Below are positions 7,732 to 16,685 of a stretch of DNA of 64,000 nucleotides, one piece after another. Below the pieces are notes generated by a model, which saw only the letters and a list, made by a program, of their open reading frames with translations, was not told where the DNA came from and searched no databases. Position 1 is the stretch's first letter; each line of letters starts with the position of its first letter. A program made the translations under genes and the position numbers. The DNA is from Deltaproteobacteria bacterium (GTDB taxonomy: Bacteria; Myxococcota_A; Polyangia; Polyangiales; Houyiibacteriaceae), in contig JAXMNT010000012.1 in the NCBI GenBank assembly GCA_034670305.1, forward strand, positions 91,534 to 155,533, written 5' to 3'.

Positions 7732-8901
7732 TCAGGAGGATGGGGAAGACGCGCCCATGGAGGTCGACACGTGGGTGTTGCCGTTGCGCGCGTCGAACTT
7801 GGCCGCGGTCGCGGCCACCCGCTCTGCGAAGAACGCCTCGAGCGACTTCGGTTCGTAGCGCCCGTCGGCTCGAAAGATTGGGAGCGTCTCGGGCAAGCGG
7901 ATCGCCACCTCGCCGGTGAGTCGGCCGAAGAGGTCGCGGGCGGCGCGCTCGAAGACCATCACGCGGTACGGAATGCGGTTGCCAACCGCCCAAACGAAGT
8001 GTCGCTGGAGCAATGATTGCGCCTGTTCGAGATCGTCGATCGAGAGGAGGTACTGCACGAACTCTGCGACGGACCCGACGAAGTCACGGTTCGTTTTCAC
8101 GAGCTCGTACCCGCGCGTGAACATTGACTGCGCCTTGTCCGTGTCGCCGAGCGCATGCACGGAGCGGATCAGACTCCCGAGCGTGACGTGCGGCACCTCG
8201 GCGCACGACATCGTGCCCTCCAAAAGTGGCCGGGCGATCTCGATGGCGCGTTCGTGTTCTTCGCGGTCGACGTGGAACTGCATCTGGAAGTTCACCTCGC
8301 AGGCTTGGCAGTCCGCGTAGCGATCGCGACGCGCCCACTGCCACTTGCGGTACCACTCCATCGAGAGCTCTGCGTCGTCGCCCATCTCTTGGGTGAGCCG
8401 GGTCCGCTGCATGAACACCGGCCTCAGGCTCAAGTTGTGCCGCTCGTAGCGCGCTTGCATGTCGTCGAGCGTGTCGTTCATCTGCGCGCGGGTGAGTTGC
8501 GGATACCAAGGCACCTGGAGCGTCACCCACTTGTACGCCCAGAGCAGATCGATGGCGGAGAAGAGCGACGAACGCGACTCTTGAAACGTCTCTGGATCGG
8601 CTTTGCTCTTGGCCGCGCACCACCCGAACGCGACGAGCGCTTTCTCGGGGAAGCCGCCGAAGGTCGCGGCTTCGACAAGCGCCAGCCGAGCGCCGTACGC
8701 GAGCTGCTCTTCCTTCGCTTCGTCGGTCAGCCGGACCGCTTCTTCGGTCTTCGCGATGCGCTCCGGCCCGTAGTCCAAGACCGCCGCATCCTCGAGCAGC
8801 GTGGTGACCTGCTGCTCGACCGCGCTCTTGGGTGGCGGCGCATCGCCTCCGCCACCACCACTGCCGCCCCAGCCACCGCCCCCGTTGTTCTCCCAGCCCA
8901 T
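7732..8901 (-). CDS. TPR-like helical protein with RD..ADC.ACE and SCAEVP motifs
   Basis: Gly-rich N-terminus, LW.YKW, RDRYADCQACE, MSCAEVPH; helical repeat pattern. Confidence 0.78.
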   Translation of the reverse strand: MGWENNGGGGWGGSGGGGGDAPPPKSAVEQQVTTLLEDAAVLDYGPERIAKTEEAVRLTDEAKEEQLAYGARLALVEAATFGGFPEKALVAFGWCAAKSKADPETFQESRSSLFSAIDLLWAYKWVTLQVPWYPQLTRAQMNDTLDDMQARYERHNLSLRPVFMQRTRLTQEMGDDAELSMEWYRKWQWARRDRYADCQACEVNFQMQFHVDREEHERAIEIARPLLEGTMSCAEVPHVTLGSLIRSVHALGDTDKAQSMFTRGYELVKTNRDFVGSVAEFVQYLLSIDDLEQAQSLLQRHFVWAVGNRIPYRVMVFERAARDLFGRLTGEVAIRLPETLPIFRADGRYEPKSLEAFFAERVAATAAKFDARNGNTHVSTSMGASSPSS

Positions 8902-8959
8902 GACGCAGGAGCGTAACCACGCGGCTGGCCGGACGCGAGCTAGGAAAGCCGAGTGGCCG

Positions 8960-9403
8960 CTACAGCGCCGCGTGCAGCTCGATCGCGAAGTCGTCGAGCC
9001 GGTTCTGGTACGACACCGGCGTCGTGCCGGGCGGCAACCGGGTGCACGAGGTTGCGTCGAGCCGGCCGGTGTGCGGGTTCACGCCGAGGCCTGCGTCGCA
9101 GGTGCGCAGATCCATCGCGACGCCGATGCGGGTCGAGAGCTCACCGGGCGCGATGGTGACGATGTAGCGCATCGCCCAGATCGTCCCGTCGGAGTTCTCG
9201 CCGGTGCTCTCCCAGGCGGTCTCGAGAATGCCCGAGTGGGTGTCTTTGCGCTCCACTTGCATGCCGAAGGTCGCGAGCACCTGCTCGACGTGCGCCGCTT
9301 GCCCGTCTGCGTTGGAGACATCGAACGCGGCCGGTGTCAGCTGCGACACGCAACCGGTCAGAACCAGAACAGCCAAACCAAGCGCGTGCGTGGGGAACGT
9401 CAT
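8960..9403 (-). CDS. Hypothetical lipoprotein
   Basis: Signal peptide with LTGC lipobox; GILETAW motif. Confidence 0.7.
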   Translation of the reverse strand: MTFPTHALGLAVLVLTGCVSQLTPAAFDVSNADGQAAHVEQVLATFGMQVERKDTHSGILETAWESTGENSDGTIWAMRYIVTIAPGELSTRIGVAMDLRTCDAGLGVNPHTGRLDATSCTRLPPGTTPVSYQNRLDDFAIELHAAL

Positions 9404-9448
9404 CCCCTGCGGATACGGCCCGTTCCCAACGCAGTCAACGCAACCCAG

Positions 9449-10960
9449 TCAACGCTCCGAGGGCGCCGCGACGGACCCGTTGGCGCGAAAGAGGAGGGTC
9501 AGATCGGTGGACCAGTCGCCGCCATCAGGGCCGGGCCGGAAGCGCATCGCGGAGAGGATGCGCTCGACGCATGGCGCGTCGGCGCCACGAACGATCACGC
9601 GGGTCTCACCCGCCATGGTCAACGTGGCATGGACCCGTGTTGCCCCACCCCGCGGCCCGCCGCACGACTGCAGCTCCGAGCGCCGCCCGCGCACGGCGCG
9701 CATGAACAGCGCAGGATCGTAGTCTCCCCATCCCTCGACGGTCGGTTGTGCAGGAGCGACGCGAGGAACAGGTGGGACGGGCAACCCTCCCGTGCGTACC
9801 GCCAACCGCTCCGCGTCGTTGGTCGCTGCCTCGAAAGCGATCCGATACCGTTCTCGCCCTGCCACCCATGCGAGCGCGTCGGCTACGTCCAGCACGAGTT
9901 CGGGGTGTGGCCGTTCATCGACGAACCGTCCAAGTCGACGGGTTTCGGGTCCGCAGCCGTCCGGCTGCATGTTCGTGTCGGGTGCCCGTGCCATGCGCTG
10001 CGTACAACGATGCAGGTCCGTGACCAGGTGCTCCTGAAGCGTGTCCAGGATCTGGGTCCGGCAATCCGCCCGCTCTGCCGTGGGTGCGCGGGCGCAGTCG
10101 GCGAGTCCCTCCCAGGCCACCGCGCGCGCCTTGTCCGCGTCCATGTTGCGACGATGCGCTTCGATCCACCGAAGCCAGGTCTCCACCCGGCGCGCGTTGG
10201 GCCAGCGCGCATGCAGGGTCTCTGCGACGACAGCAGCCTCGTCGTAGCGCGCGCTGTCCATGAGCCAGTCGAGCACCTGCCGGGCAATCCGCGCTGCGAC
10301 CGCTGGGTCGGCAGGGAGCACCGTCAGGTCGGGGCCGGTCCAGTCGGCGTCCGTCACGCCATCCATGTTCCGGTCGTCTTCGATCGCAAACCGCGCGAAC
10401 CATTGGATGCCGAGCTCGAGCATGGGCGGGTCCGGGTTGGCCTCGAGCAGCCGCCGCACCGCCAGCACCGCTTCGTCGTGCCGGTCCAGGCGGTACAGCA
10501 CTCGGACCCGGCCCAAGAGCGCCAGGTGTCGCAGTCGTGGGCCGTGTGCGATCCGTTCGTAGAGATGTGCGGCCGCTTCGAGTGCTTCGATGGAGTGGTC
10601 GCCCTCGAGCGCGATCGCGGTCGCGAAGACGACCGGATCGGCGCTGCAGCTCAGCGGTGACAGAGACGCGATGACTGGTTCGACGTCGTAACACGCGGCG
10701 TCGGGCGTCTCCGGCTGGCGCGATCCGGTCGGGGCGCAATGCTGGCGCAGCGAACGTGCGGGACACGGATCCTCGGACCCCACGACGACGAACCTCGGGA
10801 GCGGCAGGCGCCCAGGGTTCGAGAGTTCGTCGAGCTGAATGACGCGTGGGGTTCGTCGCCGCTGTGCACTGGCCATGCTGGCCATGCTGGGCGCGGCGAC
10901 CAGCAGCGCGATGCACGCGAACCAAACGGTCCTGAGGCAGGCTTGAAGCGGTTGCTGCAC
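9449..10960 (-). CDS. Secreted TPR-containing hypothetical protein (start uncertain)
   Basis: Hydrophobic N-terminus, TPR-like helices, Cys-containing C-terminal domain. Confidence 0.6.
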   Translation of the reverse strand: MQQPLQACLRTVWFACIALLVAAPSMASMASAQRRRTPRVIQLDELSNPGRLPLPRFVVVGSEDPCPARSLRQHCAPTGSRQPETPDAACYDVEPVIASLSPLSCSADPVVFATAIALEGDHSIEALEAAAHLYERIAHGPRLRHLALLGRVRVLYRLDRHDEAVLAVRRLLEANPDPPMLELGIQWFARFAIEDDRNMDGVTDADWTGPDLTVLPADPAVAARIARQVLDWLMDSARYDEAAVVAETLHARWPNARRVETWLRWIEAHRRNMDADKARAVAWEGLADCARAPTAERADCRTQILDTLQEHLVTDLHRCTQRMARAPDTNMQPDGCGPETRRLGRFVDERPHPELVLDVADALAWVAGRERYRIAFEAATNDAERLAVRTGGLPVPPVPRVAPAQPTVEGWGDYDPALFMRAVRGRRSELQSCGGPRGGATRVHATLTMAGETRVIVRGADAPCVERILSAMRFRPGPDGGDWSTDLTLLFRANGSVAAPSER

Positions 10961-11112
10961 AGTTGCTCCAGTGTGTCATACGGGGTGGGTGCACGAGCCC
11001 TGCCCTTCGGCGCCAGCGCGCAGCGAAGCTGCCCAAGCGCCGGTGGTGCGCCTCGGCTTCTTCCCCGGATCGGTGGCCGGATGCGCTCGCGATGTGCGGT
11101 AGACTCCCGCGC

Positions 11113-11919
11113 GTGTCGATACCCCGGTGCGCTCGAGTTCTCGCGGTCGCGTGTCTGCTCTTGGCAAACACAACTGGTTGCGGCGGCGGTCAGGTCCAGA
11201 TCACCCAGGCCCCACCGGTCGACCCCGACGGGGACGGGGTCGCGGGCAACGCCGACCAGTGTCCAGACACGCCTGAAGACCGCGACAATTTCGAGGACGA
11301 CGACGGATGTCCAGACGCCGACAACGACGCTGACGGCATGCTCGACATCCACGACCGGTGCCCGCAAGAAGCCGAAGACCCCGACGGCTTCGTCGACGAG
11401 GACGGCTGCCCAGACGTCGACAACGACCGCGATGGCATCCCTGACGTGAACGACCGGTGCCCATGCCAGGCGGAGACCTACAACGACCTCGAAGACGAGG
11501 ACGGGTGTGCCGACGGCAGCATGGTGTTGCTCATCGACAACCGGATCACGATCCGCGACCAGGTCTTCTTCAGGGTCAACCGCGCGTACATTCCCGCGGA
11601 GGCAGAAGCGCTCCTCGATGCGCTCGTGGATGTGATGCGCGCCCACCCCGAGGTGCACCACGTCGTCGTGCAGGGCCACGCCGCCCCGGGCGAACACCGC
11701 CCCCAACAACTCGCGCTTGCGCGGGCTGAGGCCGTCCACGCGCGGTTGATCTCGCTCGGTGTCGAACCCGCCCGCCTCGGATTCGCTGCGTTCTCGGACG
11801 ACCAACCCATTCACCCGACGGAACAGGACCGCAACCGGCGGGTGGAGTTCCACGTGGATGCGGCGGACGAACCACCACCGAACATTCGGCAGACCGACCC
11901 CAAGTTCGATTGTCCGTGA
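11113..11919 (+). CDS. OmpA-family lipoprotein with thrombospondin type 3-like repeats
   Basis: Lipobox TGC; D.CP...ED.D.F.D.DGCPD repeats; V.QGHA, LALARAEAV, NRRVEF; GTG 7 nt after TAGACT. Confidence 0.85.
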   Translation: MSIPRCARVLAVACLLLANTTGCGGGQVQITQAPPVDPDGDGVAGNADQCPDTPEDRDNFEDDDGCPDADNDADGMLDIHDRCPQEAEDPDGFVDEDGCPDVDNDRDGIPDVNDRCPCQAETYNDLEDEDGCADGSMVLLIDNRITIRDQVFFRVNRAYIPAEAEALLDALVDVMRAHPEVHHVVVQGHAAPGEHRPQQLALARAEAVHARLISLGVEPARLGFAAFSDDQPIHPTEQDRNRRVEFHVDAADEPPPNIRQTDPKFDCP

Positions 11920-11932
11920 CGCCGAACTGCTC

Positions 11933-13600
11933 ATGAACACGCCCAGCAAGATCGGCCCCTACGAGATCTTCGAGAAGCTCGGCGCGGGTGGCTTCGGACA
12001 GGTCTTTCGTGCGCGTCATGAGTTGCTCGGTCGAGAGGTCGCGCTCAAGGTCCTCCACGGTTCTCTCGACCACGCGCGGTTCGTGCGCGAAGCGCAAATC
12101 CTCGCGCAGCTGAACCACCCGAACATCGTCGGGGTGCACGACTGCGGCACCGCAGATGCGGGTGGCGCCACCCCCAGCCACCTCGACGACGCGGTGCACT
12201 ACATCGCGCTCGAGCTGCTCGAAGGAGAGAACCTGCTCGACCTGATCCGCCGCGGACCGGTGGCGCCCGACGAAGCGAGCTGGATCCTCGGCGAGGTGCT
12301 TCAGGGGTTGGCGCACGCGCACGCGGCCGGGGTGGTGCACCGCGATCTCAAACCATCCAACGTGCTGCTCGTGCCCAACGCGCAAGCCGGTCCATTCGAC
12401 CTGGATGTGAAGCTGCTGGACTTCGGGGTGAGCCTCGCGTCGAACCACGATCGGCTCACGCGCAAACAAGCGCTGGTCGGCACGCCGAGGTACGTCGCGC
12501 CGGAGCTCCTGCACGGACAGGAGAGCGACGTGCGTTCCGATCTCTGGGCGATCGGGGTGACGCTCGTGGAGTGTCTTGTGGGGCGGCCGGCGTACGGAGG
12601 CACCGCGGACCAGGTCATCCCACAGATCCTCGCGGGGCCGCCGGTGCTGCCGCAGGCCACCGTGATCGGTCCGCCGCTGCGCCGGGTGCTCGAGCGGTTC
12701 TTTGCGCCGCGGGAACAGCGGTTCGAAAGCGCGACGGAAGCCGCCGACGCGCTCGCGGCCGCTGCGCTGGGCAAACGCATCTCGGTCGACAAGCTCGGCA
12801 AGACGACGTTCCAGGGCAAGCGGATCGAGCTTCCCGGCAGCGAGGACCCGTTCGACGCGTCGGTGAAAGATCTGTCGGCGACCGTGGTCGACCTTCAGAT
12901 CGCCCGCCCGGTGCCCGCCACCCGGCAGCAAACACCCGAGGGCCTGCGCCGGAGTGCGTTCCCCAGCGGTTCGGCGGCGCCCGGTTCGGCAGCGCCCGGT
13001 TCGGCGGCGCCCGGTTCGGCAGCGCCCGGTTCGGCAGCACCCGGTACGGTTGCACCCGATTCGGTTCCGGCCGGCGTGGTGGCGCGTTCGGCAGCGCCCG
13101 GTTCGGCTCCGGCACCAGGGAGCCCCTCGACCCGTCAGACGAAGCACTGGTTGATCGCGCTCGCGGTGGTCGCGTGCCTGGCCGTGGCCGGCGGGGCCTG
13201 GCTCGTGTTCACCTATGCGAACTCGTACGCGCAGCAGAACGCGGCCGTCGACATCGTGGCCCTCGACGGCCCAACCGAGAGCAGCGTTCACCACGGCGCG
13301 TTCACCTCCTGCGTCGGGGACTACACCACCACGATCCACACGGAGGCGGCGACCTTGCTCCGCCTGGTCGAAGGCACCGCCCAGGTCTGTGAATGCGGCC
13401 GACCCGCAGGGGTCGCGGACATGTACGTGCTCTTCCTTGGTGGGCAGCACGCCACGTCGGCGCTCCTGAGCGAAGGCGGGCCACGCCGCGCCTGTGCGGA
13501 AGGCCTGCTCACCCCCGAGCGCATCGTGCAGCTCGGCGCGTCGCTTCCACCGGGCGGCCGGGTCGCGTGCACCGTCCGTCGGACGATCTGCCCGCCGTAG
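11933..13600 (+). CDS. Membrane Ser/Thr protein kinase
   Basis: LGAGGFG.V, VALK, HRDLKPSN, DFG, GTPRY.APE, DLWAIG; TM helix; Cys-containing extracellular domain. Confidence 0.92.
   Translation: MNTPSKIGPYEIFEKLGAGGFGQVFRARHELLGREVALKVLHGSLDHARFVREAQILAQLNHPNIVGVHDCGTADAGGATPSHLDDAVHYIALELLEGENLLDLIRRGPVAPDEASWILGEVLQGLAHAHAAGVVHRDLKPSNVLLVPNAQAGPFDLDVKLLDFGVSLASNHDRLTRKQALVGTPRYVAPELLHGQESDVRSDLWAIGVTLVECLVGRPAYGGTADQVIPQILAGPPVLPQATVIGPPLRRVLERFFAPREQRFESATEAADALAAAALGKRISVDKLGKTTFQGKRIELPGSEDPFDASVKDLSATVVDLQIARPVPATRQQTPEGLRRSAFPSGSAAPGSAAPGSAAPGSAAPGSAAPGTVAPDSVPAGVVARSAAPGSAPAPGSPSTRQTKHWLIALAVVACLAVAGGAWLVFTYANSYAQQNAAVDIVALDGPTESSVHHGAFTSCVGDYTTTIHTEAATLLRLVEGTAQVCECGRPAGVADMYVLFLGGQHATSALLSEGGPRRACAEGLLTPERIVQLGASLPPGGRVACTVRRTICPP
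12968..13057 (+). repeat. 15-bp coding tandem repeat (GSAAP)x5 plus a degenerate unit
   Basis: ggttcggc(g/a)gc(g/a)ccc units. Confidence 0.9.
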
Positions 13601-13720
13601 GAGGTTGGTCCGTCGGGGGCCCGAGCGTCTCCCAGGGTCGCGCGCGCCGTTCAATTGTGATTCTCTCACTCGGTGGGGAGGAATGCAGACGCCGCAGGTG
13701 CGGCTCTAGGGCGTTGGTGT

Positions 13721-14317
13721 GTGCCGGGTCTGATCCGGCGGCTGTTCGGTGGTCAGACCGCGTTGCTCTCGCTCGCGTTGGTGCTCGGCGGATGCCGCGG
13801 ACATCGACCTCCTCCGTTGACCGCCCGCTACGACCAGCCGATTCAATCGCGAGACATCGCGCGGGGCGGACAGATCTACTTCACGCTCTGCGCCGCGTGC
13901 CACAACGGCATGGTCAACCCACGCGGCTACCAGTGGTTGCCCGGACAGATGCGGCGCCAGATCCGTGAGGGGAACCATTTGATGCCGCCGCTCTCGAGTG
14001 CCTTCTTGACCGACGACGATGTCGAAGCGGTGCTGGCCTACCTGAACCTGCTCCGGGCGATCGAAGGCGAGCTCCCGCCTGCGTCGGTCGCACAGCAGCG
14101 GCGGGAAACCTTCGCCCGGCCACTGCCCTCCCTCGCCACGCTCCAACGTGGAGCGCCGATCGCCGAACCCGAATGGACCGACCTCGAGGTGGTGGATTCG
14201 GACACGGAGATCGGCGACGAGTTGGGCGAACCCGTGGACGCGATGGACCCGGTCGACGAGGTCGACGACCAGTTGGAGACACTGGAAACCGGCGAAGGCC
14301 TGGATCCGCCGTACTGA
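13721..14317 (+). CDS. c-type cytochrome lipoprotein with acidic tail
   Basis: LGGC lipobox; RG..IY...CAACH; distal MPP; L..DDVEAVLAYL. Confidence 0.82.
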   Translation: MPGLIRRLFGGQTALLSLALVLGGCRGHRPPPLTARYDQPIQSRDIARGGQIYFTLCAACHNGMVNPRGYQWLPGQMRRQIREGNHLMPPLSSAFLTDDDVEAVLAYLNLLRAIEGELPPASVAQQRRETFARPLPSLATLQRGAPIAEPEWTDLEVVDSDTEIGDELGEPVDAMDPVDEVDDQLETLETGEGLDPPY

Positions 14318-14350
14318 CGTGCGCGCCATCCTTCGAGACCGAGGGTTCGG

Positions 14351-15496
14351 CTACGCCCGGTAAAGCTCCGGGTCGTACATCTGGATGCGGCGTACGATCT
14401 CGTCTTCGGAGTCGGTGAGCGCCAGGAGTTCGTCGTAGATCTTGCCCTTCGCGACGTGTTGAAGCAGCGGCCAGACTGGGCGCACTTTCGTCCAGTGTTC
14501 TTCGCCGAACAAGATCATCGGCGAGCGGACGCCCTGGTTCGCGTAGTGGTTTTGGGCCGCGTCTTGGAAGATCTCCTGCGTCGTGCCGGCGCTGCCGGGC
14601 GCGAAGACGACGCCATGTCTCGCGATCGCGAGCAGGCCGTCTTCGCGCACGCTGTTGGCGAAGTACTTCCCGATCTTGGTGGCGAAGGGGGCAGGCGGTT
14701 CGTGGCCGTAGAGCCAGGTCGGGATGCCGAGGCTCTCGCACGCCTTCTCGTCTTCCGGGGCCAATGGGAACGCCTCGAGCACGGCCCACGCGCGGTGCAG
14801 CCAGTCGCGGTCCGCGTACTCCTTGCCAGGCAACGCGCCGGTGGGCCGGGTGGCCATGCGCTGGATGCCCGTGTCGAGGGCTTCGGCCGAGCGGGTGGCG
14901 AAGTACGCACCCACGTGCGTCGCTTCCATGGCGCCCGGCCCACCGCCGCTGACCATCAGAAACCCGGCTTGGGTGAGGCGGCGCGAGACGTGCGCGACCT
15001 TCGCGTAGAAGGGGTCGCTGCGTTCCATGCCGTGGCCGCCCATGACGGCGACCACTTTGCGTCCGTCGATGAGCTCTTCGATCGCGTCGGTGATGGAGTG
15101 ATCGTGCAGCCGCCGGGCCAGACTCACCCGGATGGAGCGCGCCTCTTTGCCGTGCGCCAAGTATTGCTGGTAGACGCGGTTGTCCATCGTCGCCGCGTAG
15201 CCATCGGGTTTCGAGGGATCGAACCCGCCGAAGAGCTCCTCGACCGAATAGAGCGCGCGCCGGTGGACCGCGAACTCGAGCTCGTCGAGGTCGGGGATGA
15301 CCGTGGCGCCAGTCGCCACGAGATGGCCCGCGACCTCGTTGCTCAGGACACATCCGAGAAAGAGGGAGCCGGGGAACGAACGCTGGAGGAGGCGTTCGGT
15401 GTGCGCTCCCAGATCCAGATCTTGGACCGCGGCGGGTTCGGCGGGGTCGGCGTTCAGCCAGTCGACGAGGGCGGGAATCGCATCGATCTCGAGCAT
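14351..15496 (-). CDS. LOG/SLOG-family protein with N-terminal extension
   Basis: VMGGH, SGGGPGAMEA, PTWLYGHEPP, KYFANSVREDGL, PGSAGT.QEIFQD. Confidence 0.88.
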   Translation of the reverse strand: MLEIDAIPALVDWLNADPAEPAAVQDLDLGAHTERLLQRSFPGSLFLGCVLSNEVAGHLVATGATVIPDLDELEFAVHRRALYSVEELFGGFDPSKPDGYAATMDNRVYQQYLAHGKEARSIRVSLARRLHDHSITDAIEELIDGRKVVAVMGGHGMERSDPFYAKVAHVSRRLTQAGFLMVSGGGPGAMEATHVGAYFATRSAEALDTGIQRMATRPTGALPGKEYADRDWLHRAWAVLEAFPLAPEDEKACESLGIPTWLYGHEPPAPFATKIGKYFANSVREDGLLAIARHGVVFAPGSAGTTQEIFQDAAQNHYANQGVRSPMILFGEEHWTKVRPVWPLLQHVAKGKIYDELLALTDSEDEIVRRIQMYDPELYRA

Positions 15497-15590
15497 GCCC
15501 CATCGTACCCGAGCCCGGCTCCGAGCATGGAAAACACCCACGGCACCAGGGTGGTTTGTGAGACCCTCGGCGCCTTCCACGAGGTTGCCC

Positions 15591-16682
15591 ATGGCCGACG
15601 CCCCCAAGCTGCTCAAACCGCCCGCCGAACTGGTCTACGCGGACGAACTCAAGAAGCTCGAAGAACAAGACGAGGGTCCGCGCCCGCCGGGTTGGCGGCT
15701 GTCCCCGAAGGCGGTCCGCACCTTCGTGCTCGGCGACAAGAAGCGCGGCATCGACCGCAAGTTCGTCGCGCACGCGTCGCTGGTCGATCGCGCGATGGTC
15801 GCGCTCGCCACCAACCGCGGGCTGATGCTGGTCGGGGAACCGGGCACCGCGAAGTCGATGCTCTCGGAGCTGCTCGCCGCTGCGATCTGCGGTGACTCGA
15901 CGCTCACGATTCAGGGCGGCGCCGCGACCACCGAAGATCAGATCAAGTACTCCTGGAACTACGCGCTGCTCATCTCCGAGGGTCCGAGCAAACGTTCGCT
16001 CGTGCCCGCGCCGCTGTTCCGCGCGATGGAGCAGGGCAAGATCGTCCGCTTCGAGGAGATCACCCGCTGCCCACCGGAGGTTCAGGACAGCCTGCTCTCG
16101 ATCCTGAGCGACAAGGTCATGGCGATCGGCGAACTCGAAGGCGACGACTCGATGCTCTTCGCGCGCGCCGGCTTCAACATGATCGCGACGGCCAACACCC
16201 GCGACCGCGGGGTCAACGAGATGAGCGCCGCGCTCAAACGGCGTCTGAACTTCGAGACCGTCTTCCCGATCCCGGACTTCAAGACGGAGCTCGCGCTCGT
16301 CAAATCTCAGGCGGGCAAGATGCTCGCCGAAGCCGGTGTGCCGATGATGCCGCCGGACGCGATCCTCGAGGTCCTGGTCCGCGCGTTCCGCGAGCTGCGC
16401 ACCGGCGAGAGCGAAGACGGGGCCGCCATGGATCGCCTGAGCAGCGTGATGAGCACGGCCGAAGCGGTGTCGGTCGCGTTCTCCATGGGCGTGCGCGGCC
16501 ACTACATCCGCGACGGCAAGTGCACTGGCGAAGATCTGGTGCACTGCCTTGCGGGCGCCGCGGTCAAAGACAACCTCGACGACCTCAAGAAGCTGCGCCG
16601 CTACATCGACCAGCGGGCGGGCAAGCGCACCGAAGACGCGTGGCAAGAGGTCTACGAAGCCCGAACGATCTTGCCGGAGTAG
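15591..16682 (+). CDS. yehL: MoxR-type AAA+ ATPase, YehL-like
   Basis: PPAE..YADEL, GEPGTAKS Walker A, WNYALL, RFEEITRC, TANTRDRGVNEMSAALKRR.NF. Confidence 0.9.
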   Translation: MADAPKLLKPPAELVYADELKKLEEQDEGPRPPGWRLSPKAVRTFVLGDKKRGIDRKFVAHASLVDRAMVALATNRGLMLVGEPGTAKSMLSELLAAAICGDSTLTIQGGAATTEDQIKYSWNYALLISEGPSKRSLVPAPLFRAMEQGKIVRFEEITRCPPEVQDSLLSILSDKVMAIGELEGDDSMLFARAGFNMIATANTRDRGVNEMSAALKRRLNFETVFPIPDFKTELALVKSQAGKMLAEAGVPMMPPDAILEVLVRAFRELRTGESEDGAAMDRLSSVMSTAEAVSVAFSMGVRGHYIRDGKCTGEDLVHCLAGAAVKDNLDDLKKLRRYIDQRAGKRTEDAWQEVYEARTILPE

Positions 16683-16685
16683 CCG

